This document shows, in pieces, positions 12,932 through 23,257 of a stretch of 64,000 nucleotides of DNA. The stretch lies in contig NC_090336.1 in the NCBI RefSeq assembly GCF_035084215.1, positions 29,450,001-29,514,000 on the forward strand. Direction: 5' to 3'. Source of the stretch: Heptranchias perlo. Its lineage: Eukaryota. The notes under the pieces were generated by a model, which was not told the origin of the DNA, made no database searches, and was given only the letters and a program-made list of their open reading frames with translations. The position numbers were made by a program, and so were the translations under genes. Positions within the stretch are counted from its first letter, which is position 1. The number at the start of each line of letters is the position of its first letter.

Positions 12932-13692
12932 TATGACTTTGGTTACATAGATAGTGAATCGCAACCTGGACGATCCTTGCCTAGTCCCCAGCCATTGCCC
13001 GGAAGGCCCCTGTCGCAAAACAGTTCAATGACATCAACACTTCTATTACTACTGGCAGCACAGTTTTGATGTTGCTGCTTTGCTATAGGTCTGTTTCCAA
13101 GAGATGTCTCAATTCATCTCAGCCTTCCTGACTGAAGTGTAGCCTCCTGGCACAGTATTGCTTGGTGAGATAGAGGTAACTTTGTTACCTGTGGTTGACT
13201 TGCTGGCTGGGTAATAGCAAGGAAGTGCATCTCCTTTCTATGTTTTCAGACCTCAATTGTCCCTCCTCTGCTGATTCTGCGGCTAGGGCTTTTCAACTCC
13301 TCCCTAGGTTGCAGCGCATCTCTGGTGAGGCGAGCTTTCTGCCCACCCTGGAGATGTGTTGCTGACTCCAGCCGTATTTCTGGCCCCAGGGTCATTTACA
13401 CACAGGAGCCAGGTTCGCCAGCCTCTGCCAGGGAGTTGTGCCCTTAAGGGGGCACAGTCTTGCTGCGGCAGCCCCGGGGGGAGAGAGAGTTGGCCAGCGA
13501 GCTGCCTGGTTTTAAAATACATTTCAAAGATTGAAAATGTTGAATTAAACTAACAGTGTTTGTATGTGGCCACGCTCTGGGAGTGTTTGTATAGGGCTAT
13601 ATTCTCTTTCTGACCCAAAGCCCCCTCTGTTGGTATCTAAATGCTGGAGCCTAACAGGTGGCCCGAGTGTTCAGTATTTGAAGAGTGCAAAT

Positions 13693-15354
13693 TTTTATTC
13701 GTTCATGGGATGTGGGCGTCGCTGGCAAGGCCGGCATTTATTGCCCATCCCTAATTGCCCTTGAGAAGGTGGTGGTGAGCCGCCTTCTTGAACCGCTGCA
13801 GTCCGTGTGGTGACGGTTCTCCCACAGTGCTGTTAGGAAGGGAGTTCCAGGATTTTGACCCAGCGACAATGAAGGAACGGCGATATATTTCCAAGTCGGG
13901 ATGGTGTGTGACTTGGAGGGGAACGTGCAGGTGGTGTTGTTCCCATGCGCCTGCTGCCCTTGTCCTTCTAGATGGTAGAGGTCGTGGGTTTGGGAGGTGC
14001 TGTCGAAGAAGCCTTGGCGAGTTGCTGCAGTGCATCCTGTGGATGGTGCACACTGCAGCCACAGTGCGCCGGTGGTGAAGGGAGTGAATGTTTAGGGTGG
14101 TGGATGGGGTGCCAATCAAGCGGGCTGCTTTATCTTGGATGGTGTCGAGCTTCTTGAAGTGTTGTTGGAGCTGCACTCATCCAGGCAAGTGGAGAGTATT
14201 CCATCACACTCCTGACTTGTGCCTTGTAGATGGTGGAAAGGCTTTGGGGAGTCAGGAGGTGAGTCACTCGCCGCAGAATACCCAGCCTCTGACCTGCTCT
14301 CGTAGCCACAGTATTTATATGGCTGGTCCAGTTAAGTTTCTGGTCAATGGTGACCCCCAGGATGTTGATGGTGGGGGATTCGGCGATGGTAATGCCGTTG
14401 AATGTCAAGGGGAGGTGGTTAGACTCTCTCAGTAGTGGTGCTACCGAGCCACTCTTGGTGATGGATATTGAAGTCTCCCACCCAGAGTACATTTTGTGCC
14501 CTTGCTACCCTCAGTGCTTCCTCCAAGTGGTGTTCAACATGGAGGAGGACTGATTCATCAGCTGAGGGAGGACGGTAGGTGGTAATCAGCAGGAGGTTTC
14601 CTTGCCCATGTTTGACCTGATGCCATGAGATTTCATGGGGTCCAGAGTCAATGTTGAGGACTCCCAGGGCCACTCCCTCCTGACTGTATATCACTGTACC
14701 GCCACCTCTGGTGGGTCTGTCCTGCCGGTGGGACAGGACATACCCAAGGATGGTGATGGAAGAGTCTGGGACGTTGGCTGAAAGATATGATTCTGTGAGT
14801 ATGGCTATGTCAGGCTGTTGCTTGACTAGTCTGTGAGACAGCTCTCCCAATTTTGGCACAAGTCCCCAGATGTTAGTAAGGAGGACCTTGCAGGGTCGAC
14901 TGGGCTTGGTGTTTTGCCGTTGTCGTGTCCGGTGCCTAGTGGTCCGATGCCGGGTGGTCCGTCCGGTTTTATTCTTATTATGACTTTTCGTAGCGAGATT
15001 TTACAACTGAGTGGCTTGCTAGGCCATTTCAGAGGGCAATTAAGAATCAACCACATTGCTGTGGGTCTGGAGTCACATATAGGCCAGACCGGGTAAGGGC
15101 GGCAGGCTTCCTTCCCTAAAGGACATTAGTGAACCAGATGGGTTTTTACGACAATCCGGGAGTTTCATGGCCATCATTACTGATACTAGTATTTTAATTC
15201 CAGATTTTTTTTTTATTTAATTAATTGAATTTAATTAATTAATTGAATTTAAATTCGCCAGCTGCCGTGGCGGGATTTGAACTCATGACTCTGGATTTTA
15301 GTCCAGGCCTCTGGATGACTAGCCCAGTAACATAACCACTATGCTACCGTACCC
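13693..15354 (-). mobile_element. CR1-group LINE copy with tRNA-derived 5' head, APE N-terminus and RT C-terminus; central ORF2 deleted
   Basis: A-box TAGCATAGTGG (15336-15346) and B-box GAGTTCAAATCC (15273-15284). APE motifs LLTNIWGL..KLGEL..PDIAILTES..RQDRPTRGGG..YRPPS..GDFN. Junction near 14430 to ESNHLPLTFNG. 3' tail gggcaattagggatgggcaataaatg...gaataaaaa. Confidence 0.9.
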
Positions 15355-16130
15355 TACAATGGTGAGGAACACGTTGGGCAGGAATAATACGTCCCAATGG
15401 GACCAGATGCTGGGAAACAGCAGGGAAGAGAAGATGTGGCAGGGGCCATCCCCAAGTTGCTTTCTGTCTTTGCCTGCCCCCGATCCCCTGAAAAATCACT
15501 GGGATGGAGGAGGGAGGGGGAAGTGGAAAGCCCAGACTTCTGTCAAGGAAGTGAGGCACCCATGTTTCCATGTGGACTAAAACAACTGCTTGACTCCTTT
15601 ACATGCCCAGAGCTGGATTAAGATTTCTCGGGTCTTTTGGCATCAAGAACATTCAGGGTGCCCCCACATCTCCCACACAATTCCTTCCGATCCGTTAAAA
15701 GGTAAGCGTGCAGTAAATTGCATGAAGAAGTAGATAATAGAAATTGCATGAAGAATGTTTACACACTACATTAGTAATAAAGCAAATCACATCACAATAT
15801 ACTACACTTAAATTAAACTAATCCAGCGGTTGAATGCAGCTTTTCTGCATTATGGTAAGTCTTGCTGGAAACCCTATATTTGGCTGTATTAATGTCCCCC
15901 TGTAAATGCCTCCTGTCTTCTGCTTGGCCTACTGTCAACTCTCTTTGCTGCCTTAATGCCACTTTAATAAATAATTACTGTCATGAGAGGTGGGTTTGAA
16001 ATCAACTCTAGTCCTTTCATCATTGTTTCGCATGCCAAATGAAGCATTGGATCTGTTGTGCTGCATTAAACCAAAGTACTCCCAGAGAGCAAAATGAGTG
16101 AGTACTTTGTTACTGCTAAACACAACACAA

Positions 16131-17531
16131 ACCAATCCAAATCCAATCAGCCAATTACTGCCCCATCAGTCTACTCTCAATCATCAGCAAAGTGATGGAA
16201 GGTATCGTCGACAGTGCTATCAAGCGGCACTTACTCACCAATAACCTGCTCACCGATGCTCAGTTTGGGTTCTGCCAGGACCACTCGGCTCCAGACCTCA
16301 TTACAGCCTTGGTCCAAACATGGACAAAAGAGCTGAATTCCAGAGGTGAGGTGAGAGTGACTGCCCTTGACATCAAGGCAGCATTTGACCGAGTGTGACA
16401 CAAAGGAGCCCTAGTAAAATTGAAGTCAATGGGAATTAGGGGGAAAACTCACCAGTGGCTGGAGTCCTACCTAGCACAAAGGAAGATGGTAGTGTTTGTT
16501 GGAGGCCAATCATCTCAGCCCTCGGACATTACTGCAGGAGTTCCTCAGGGCAGTGTCCTAGGCCCAACCATCTTCAGCTGCTTCATCAATGACCTTCCCT
16601 CCATCATAAAGATCAGAAATGGGGAAGTTCGCTGATGACTGCACAGTGTTCAGTTCCATTCGCAACCCCTCAGATAATGAAGAAGTGCGTACCCGCATGT
16701 AGCAAGACCTGGACAACATCCAGGCTTGGGCTAATAAGTGATAAGTAACATTCGCGCCAGACAAGTGCCAGGCAACGACCATCTCCAACAAGAGAGTGTC
16801 TAACCACCTCCCCTTGACATTCAACGGCATTACCATCGCCGAATCCCCCACCATCAACATCCTGGTGGTCACCATTGACCAGAAAATTAACTGGGCCAGC
16901 TATATAAATACAGTGGCTACAAGAGCAGTTCAGAGGCTGGGTATTCTGCGGCGAGTGACTCACCTCCTGACTCCCCAAAGCCTTTCCACCATCTACAAGG
17001 CACAAGTCAGGAGTGTGATGGAATACTCTCCACTTGCCTGGATGAGTGCAGCTCCAACGCCTCTCAAGAAGCTCAATACCATCCAGGACAAAGCAGCCCG
17101 CTTGATTGGCACCCCACCCACCACCCTAAACATTCACTCCCTTCACCACCGGCGCACTGTGGCTGCATTGTGTGCCATCCACAGGATGCACTGCCTCAAC
17201 TCGCCAAGGCTTCTTTGACAGCACCTCCCAAACCCGCGACCTCTACCACTTAGAAGGACAAGAGCAGTAGGCACATGGGAACAACACCACCTGCACGTTC
17301 CCCTCCAAGTCACACACCATCCCGACTTGGAAATATATCGTCGTTCCTTCATCGTCGCTGGGTCAAAATCCTGGAACTCCCTTCCTAACAGCACAGTGGG
17401 AGAACCGCACCACAAGGACTGCAGCGGTTCAAGAAGGCGGCTCACCACCACCTTCTCAAGGGCAATTAGGGATGGGCAATAAATGCAGGCCTCGCCAGAG
17501 ACGCCCACATCCCATGAACGAATAAAAAAAA
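16131..17531 (+). mobile_element. 5'-truncated CR1-group LINE (RT domain and 3' tail), same family as 13693-15354
   Basis: PISLLSIISKVME, QFGF, LDIKAAFDRV, GVPQGSVLGP and FADD motifs. Stops and a frameshift are present, with the same 3' tail and poly(A). Confidence 0.92.
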
Positions 17532-17826
17532 CACATTTAGCACAGTTTCAGCCCCAGATTTTTAAGGGAACGGGGTAGTGACACACTCAGTGAGCTCAGT
17601 GGAGAGAGCTGTGCTTTTTATTTAAAATGATGGAGCACCCAGTGAAAATTTTCATCATTACTCCAGAGAGAAAGTGGAAGAGAACCGGTCACAAGAGATA
17701 TTTGTGAGTGGCAGAGTCGATGCGGTAAATTTCCGGGCTCTGCTCATTGATATTTACATCCTGGTTCAAGGAATCAAAGCGAAAGGGATCGAGGTGTCGG
17801 AACATCTTCTGTATAACTCGGCAGAC

Positions 17827-17905
17827 ATGGCTCCCCGTGCTGGATTTTACTCCGCAAAAACGCTCCTAACGTTGACTGCTGTCACGCTCTTATTTTCAGC
17901 CTCAG
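17827..17905 (+). CDS. Putative signal-peptide (leader) exon, phase 1
   Basis: gacATGG Kozak context. MAPRAGFYSAKTLLTLTAVTLLFSAS has a hydrophobic core with small -3/-1 residues. Donor CAG|gtaaaa in locally CpG-richer DNA. Downstream partner exon not found. Confidence 0.5.
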
Positions 17906-18885
17906 GTAAAATATTGTGGGAACGATTTACTTCTTCCACAGTGGCTTAATTTCAAAAATGGAAAATGAGTTTTGTGCCTCTGTCAGTGGGGAGCTGCCGC
18001 CCTGCCCCGTCTTAGTGGTGTGATGATTTTTTGCATAATCATCACATGTCATTCGTCTAGTTTGTGATCTAGCGGATTCTGTTAGCCGTGTTTGGACATT
18101 ACTCACACTTTCTCCCAACCCAGCCCCATGGAAATTCCTCAACTTAAAGCCGGTCATTGCACCGCTTTGATCAAAGCTATTTTTTATCCCAGGAGCTAAT
18201 GGTTACACGGAACTACCAGTCAATCAGTCAGTTACTGGATAGGATAAGGCCCAACAATTATTCTTCAGTAATGTTTTTTGTTTGTGGATTTTAATTAGGG
18301 ATAAAAGTAATGCTCTGGAGACTTAACTTCACCAATTTGATCTCACTTTCAATCGAACGTTAACCAGTCTTCAAAACATTCATCCAGCAACACAATTGTG
18401 GTTCTTTAGTGTCAGAACTAGTGCAAAGCAAATTCTGACAATTGATTTTTTTTAAATGATCAAATGGAAGAAAGCAATAGATAATTGTTCGGAGTGTTGT
18501 GTTGGGGGTGTGCGACAGTTTCCAATTTATATCAGCAACTTAAATTCAGAAACTCAAATGTAAAGTGGGTCAAACTTCCAGATAATAAACTTCGGAGAGT
18601 GGGCAGTTGGGTCTGATGAGACCATAAATGCATAAATTAGAGGAACAATAGCAGATTACATTTGGTTTGCAACAGTACAAGGTATTGCATATTGGAAGAA
18701 AATATAGGCAAACCATTTGCTCAATGATTTTGAAACAGCTAAGAGTGAAGTTGGAAGTAATCTAGGAATGTTGGTGTACTTGGCACTTAAGATTTCCAGC
18801 CACTGTGGAAAACATGCAACAAAACAATTAATTCCTTTATCAGTAGAATATATTGGAAGATTTGCTCTGGCTATACTGTGACTAT

Positions 18886-20170
18886 GATGTGGAGATGCTG
18901 GTGATGGACTGGGGTGTACAAATGTAAGGAATCTTACAACACCAGGTTATAGTCCAACAGTTTTTTTGAAAAATCACAAGCTTTCGGAGGCTTTCTCTTT
19001 CATCAGGTGAGTGTCGGATTCCTTGAAAATTACCACATACATAGTCACAGAACAATGCCTGGTGATTACGTATAATCTTTCCAACTGCCCGTTATCAAGG
19101 CAATCAAAGGAATTGAAAAGTGTTCAGACAGAGAAACGTTAGATACCAGACTACTGAATATACAAACGGCCAGAACCAAAGACAGGGAGGGAGAGAGAGA
19201 GAGAAACATCCAAAAGGAAGAGAAAGGGAGGGAATGACCAGTTGTATTAAAAACAGATAACTTTTATTCGCTGGTGGGGTTACGTGTAGCACGACATGAA
19301 CCCAAGATCCCGGTTGAGGCCGTCCTCATGGGTGCGGAACTTGGCTATCAATTTCTGCTCGACGATTTTGCGTTGTCGTGTGTCTCGAAGGCCGGCTTGG
19401 AGAACGCTTACCCGAAGATCGGTGGCTGAATGTCCCTGACTGCTGAAGTGTTCCCCGACTGGGAGGGAACCCTCCTGTCTGGCGATTGTTGCGCTGTGTC
19501 CGTTCATCCGTTGTCGCAGTGTCTGCATGGTCTCGCCAATGTACCATGCTCCGGGGCATCCTTTCCTGCAACGTATGAGGTAGACAACGTTGGCCGAGTC
19601 ACAGGAGTATGAACCATGTACCTGGTGGGTGGTGTCCTCTCGTGTGATGGTGGTATCTGTGTCAATGATCTGGCATGTCTTGCAGAGGTTGCCGTTGCAG
19701 GGTTGTGTGGTGTCGTGGACGCTGTTCTCCTGAAAGCTAGGTAATTTGCTGCGAACGATGGTCTGTTTGAGGTTGGGTGGCTGTTTGAAGGCGAGTAGTG
19801 GAGATGTGGGGATGGCCATAGCGAGGTGTTCGTCGTCATCAATGACATTTTGAGGGCTGCGGAGAACATGGCGTAGTTTCTCCGCTCCGGGGAAGTACTG
19901 GACGACGAAGGGTACTCTGTTGGTTGTGTCCCGTGTTTGTCTTCTGAGGAGGTCTATGTGATTTTTCGCTGTGGCCCATTGGAACTGTCGATCGACGAGT
20001 CGAGCGTCATATCCCGTTCTTACGAGGGCGTCTTTCAGTGTCTGTAGGTGTCCATCGTGTTCCTCCTCGTCTGAGCAGATCCTGTGTATTCGCAGGGCCT
20101 GTCCATAGGGGATGGCCTCTTTGACGTGGTTAGGGTGGAAGCTGGAAAGGTGGAGCATCGTGAGGTTGTC
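18886..20170 (-). mobile_element. Penelope-like retroelement, 5'-truncated (RT C-terminus, GIY-YIG endonuclease, terminal repeat)
   Basis: ORF 19280-20170: LHLSSFHP..KEAIPYGQALRIHRICS, CxxNLCKTC, YSCDSANVVYLIRC...WYIGET..LRQRMNGH...GEHF. The 3' end ...ccccagtccatcaccagcatctccacatc matches the element at 52.9 kb. Confidence 0.93.
18974..19010 (-). ncRNA. Minimal type I hammerhead ribozyme motif in the Penelope terminal repeat
   Basis: The minus strand reads TCAC-CTGATGA-AAGAGAAAGCCTCC-GAAA-GCTT-GTGA, with core boxes, stem I TCAC/GTGA, palindromic stem III AAGCTT and a weakened stem II. Confidence 0.7.
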
Positions 20171-21440
20171 CATTTGACAGTTGTGCGGGGAGACCCTCAC
20201 TCATTGCAGGAGGCCACTCTGTCACTTTGGACAAAGTTTGGCCTGCACCACCCTCCTCCTAACAATAAAATTCACAAACTTGCAACCTCAACCCCGGTGT
20301 GCAGACACATTTACCTATCTTGCGGACCCCCTCAAACGTACATCTTCCGGATGGGGACCACCATAGCTGCAGTCATGACTTCCTTGGAGGGTGAACAGCA
20401 TCACCAGCCTTGCTGGCCACGCCGTCCACCTCTGACACGTGGAGCTGTGACACATCCACCTGCACAGCAGGAGGGAGGGCAACCGCAGAGAGAGATGCGT
20501 CACAGAAGGTATTACCCTCAACACAGGGTCTACAGACCGAGGCTCAGCTTCCTGGACCTCCCTGAGCAGCAGTGCACACGGAGACTCAGAGTCACTCGAC
20601 ATGTAGTCGTAGACATCCGCAGCCTCCTTCATGCCGAGCTGCTCCCGGCTGGCCCGAGCACAATCTTCTTACCTGTCGCTGTCAAAGTCACCACTGCCCT
20701 CAACAACTTCTCCTCCACATCCTTCCAGGGTGCCACCGGGGACATCGCCGACGTCTCTCAGTCATCTGCACAAAAGAGCCCTGCAAATACACCTACACCC
20801 ACTCTGCAGTGACACGATAGGTGGCATCAGTTGTGGGTCTTCATGGTGATCCTCAGGAAAGGGCATTATTGCACAAACCAGACAAGATTTACAAAGACAT
20901 GGCAGTAGTGATGATAACAATTTTTAATGATTTTTTGCAAAACAAACAGAAGTAAATCAAAAACATGACACTTTGTTTTACACCCTTGTGCATTCCCTTT
21001 GTGCTCACAAAACCTTCACCTTGCGTTTCCGTGAACCCTTACATGGTGCTACCCCTGTGGCTTCAGCAGAGGTAGTGGCAGGTTGCTCTTGTTCATGGCC
21101 TGACCGATGAAATGCTTTGGGCCAACGCCCTCCGGGTTTGGGTACCCGTGAGGGCCCCTCCAAAAACTGCTCTACCTGCACCTGTGCAGGGGCAGACTCA
21201 GCCACCTGGAGAGGGGGCAGCATTGAGTGTACTGGTTGAAAGGGGGGCAACGGGTGAGACGTGGGAGCGCTTTGAGTGGCGTCCCCACTTCCATGTCCCC
21301 TTTCACCATCATCCCTCTCCTGGCCCAGGCCCACATCACTCCTTCCATCCTGCTGGACGACAATTTGGAAGACTTGTGTGAAGCCTTGGAAGGCCAGTTG
21401 TAAGGTATCTGTCAGCCTGTGGATGGGTCACACCTTGCTT
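20168..21440. mobile_element. Harbinger fragment (transposase 5' part on +, Myb gene 3' end on -), same family as 10877-12931
   Basis: RRRYYPQHRVYRPRLSFLDLPEQQC...LPVAVKVTTALNNF. The sequence is close to the reverse complement of 11800-12570, and the Myb C-terminus ...RKRKVKVL lies at 21005-21334. Confidence 0.88.
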
Positions 21441-22350
21441 CATTGCATCTCACAGCAATACTCCTGGACCTTGGAGTATGCCAGGTTGGCAACACTCAAC
21501 CATGGACAGCTCCTTCAGTATGTTTCAGGCGGACCAAAGGGCCTCCTTCACAGAGTTGATGGTCTTCCAGACGCAGGTGATATCTGTCTCCATGTGCGTC
21601 CCGGGGAACAGTCCATAGAGCACAGCGCCCTGCATTACTGAACTCTTTGGGATGAACTGGGGCAGATAACAAAGCATTTCTCTCCACACCCTCTGTGCAA
21701 AGGGGCAGCCCATCAGGAGGTGGGAGAGGGTCTCCTCCCCGCCACAGCCTCGATGGCAGCTCACGGTGGCACTGAGGTTCCGTGCGTGTTGGCAAGACCA
21801 CACTGGGAGGGCCTTTCTCACCACTATCCTGTTTACATCCTGGTGAGTGTTGATCAGTTCCGGCGACAAATGTTCTGTTAAAGAGCCTCGACCGACTGGT
21901 CGGGGAAGAAACCGATCGAGTCCACCCTCTCAATTCCTTGCAGGACTCTGAGAATGTTTTGTGTCGGCCACTGTGTGACGGTTTGGTGGTCGAAGGGGTT
22001 CCTCCTCAGGAACTTTTCCACCTGGGACAGTCCAGCTGGATGGGACATCCTGCGCCTGCTCAGTCAGCGGGGCCAGACCCAGCCTTCTGTATTGGACAGG
22101 TAGAAACCCAGCACGTAGTGACACTTGGTGTTTTGCGTACTGGGGCTCTACACGTATCCTGAGGCAGCCACACACAAAGGTGGCCATCAGCTTCAGAGTG
22201 GCGTTGGGGACGCTCTTCCTCCCTTTGTCTGGGTCTTGTACTTGGTGGTCCTGTGGTCACGTTCTACCTTGGACCTCCAGACAAAGTGGAAGATAGCTCT
22301 GGTGACTGTGACGGAGTTGTGGGGAATGGGCCAGACCCTGGCCATGTAGA
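21441..22350 (-). mobile_element. Tx1/L1-clade LINE ORF2 C-terminal fragment (zinc-knuckle region), decayed
   Basis: C.RGCGGEETLSHLLMGCPFAQRVW...VLYGLFPGTH...WKTINSVKEALWS, with upstream VTRAIFHFVWRSK. Confidence 0.8.
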
Positions 22351-23084
22351 GGATTGCCCAGGATGCTGACAGTAACTTGTGGCAGGGTTCCTTTGTTTGA
22401 CATGCACCAGAGATTGACCTGTTCCTGTTTCAGTCAATCTTGTTGTTGTTTCTTTGTGCCAATTCTCAGCCAAAGGCTGAGAGGATGGAGGAGGCGAGAG
22501 AATGGGGGAAAGATAGAACAGGCTGAGTGGAATTGTTTAAAGTTTCCTTTTAATTAAATGTTTGCCAGTGTTTTTTGTAGTAGAAGGTTAATTTAACAGT
22601 GTTAAGACATCTCCTTTATATTTGAGTCATTTTATTTCTGCACGACTGATGGTTTTTCAGCTTCATAGTATGTGTGCTGAAAATGACCAACGCAGAGAAT
22701 CTGAAATTTCAAAGGACCTGCCAGTAATTGTAGGTTTAAATTGTCAACCTTTAAGAAAATCTATTTTTACTGTAACTGTAAAAGATGGTCCTGAAAAAAA
22801 AATACAACTTTGTACAAATGAAGAGTGAGTCAAGAGTCAGGCTCCAACAGGCCACAAGGCATCAGGTAGAATGTGGAAGTGATAAAGAAAGGGGCTAAGA
22901 GACTCAGGTTACTTCCAAACTGTTCCTTTTTTTTAGCTCAACAAAAGCTGGAAGATACTTTGGTTGTTCATGGAGTGGGAATTTTCCAACCCTGGTCTGG
23001 TTAGAGTTGCTGTTAAGACTATAACCAGTTTATCCTACTTTACAATATGTATTAAACTCAGATAAATAACCTTTTTTTTTGCAG

Positions 23085-23257
23085 GTACATCGGGTCCTTA
23101 TTCCACAGTCTGATGACAAGCTGTACAGACCTAGACAGTCTTTGTTCATCCAGATGAGGATACAATCATCACATGCTATGATGGATCTAAGAAGTACCCA
23201 CCCATCAGCACTCTCCAGTATCTACAGGAGCGTTTCACTTCTACATACAAAATTTAA
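23085..23257 (+). pseudogene. Relic last exon of a paralogous 2OG-Fe(II) dioxygenase, with a 10-nt frameshift deletion
   Basis: T-rich acceptor. VHRVLIPQSDDKLYRPRQSL then, in the shifted frame, HPDEDTIITCYDGSKKYPPISTLQYLQERFTSTYKI*. Aligns with exon 52271-52474. Confidence 0.88.

Noticed and set aside
13250-13325. Possible next exon of the Ig gene (tttcag acceptor, gtgagg donor)
   Set aside because: The splice signals are plausible but the translation has no Ig, transmembrane or signalling motif, so it cannot be supported.
15270-15354. tRNA gene
   Set aside because: It has A and B boxes but no convincing cloverleaf and is continuous with a retroposon body. The same applies to tRNA-like heads near 40.1, 50.4, 55.4 and 59.95 kb.
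20084-20812. 242-aa ORF spanning the Penelope-Harbinger junction as a new fusion gene
   Set aside because: It starts in antisense Penelope sequence at a non-ATG codon, runs through transposon UTR and ends at the transposase deletion. No promoter or splice support.
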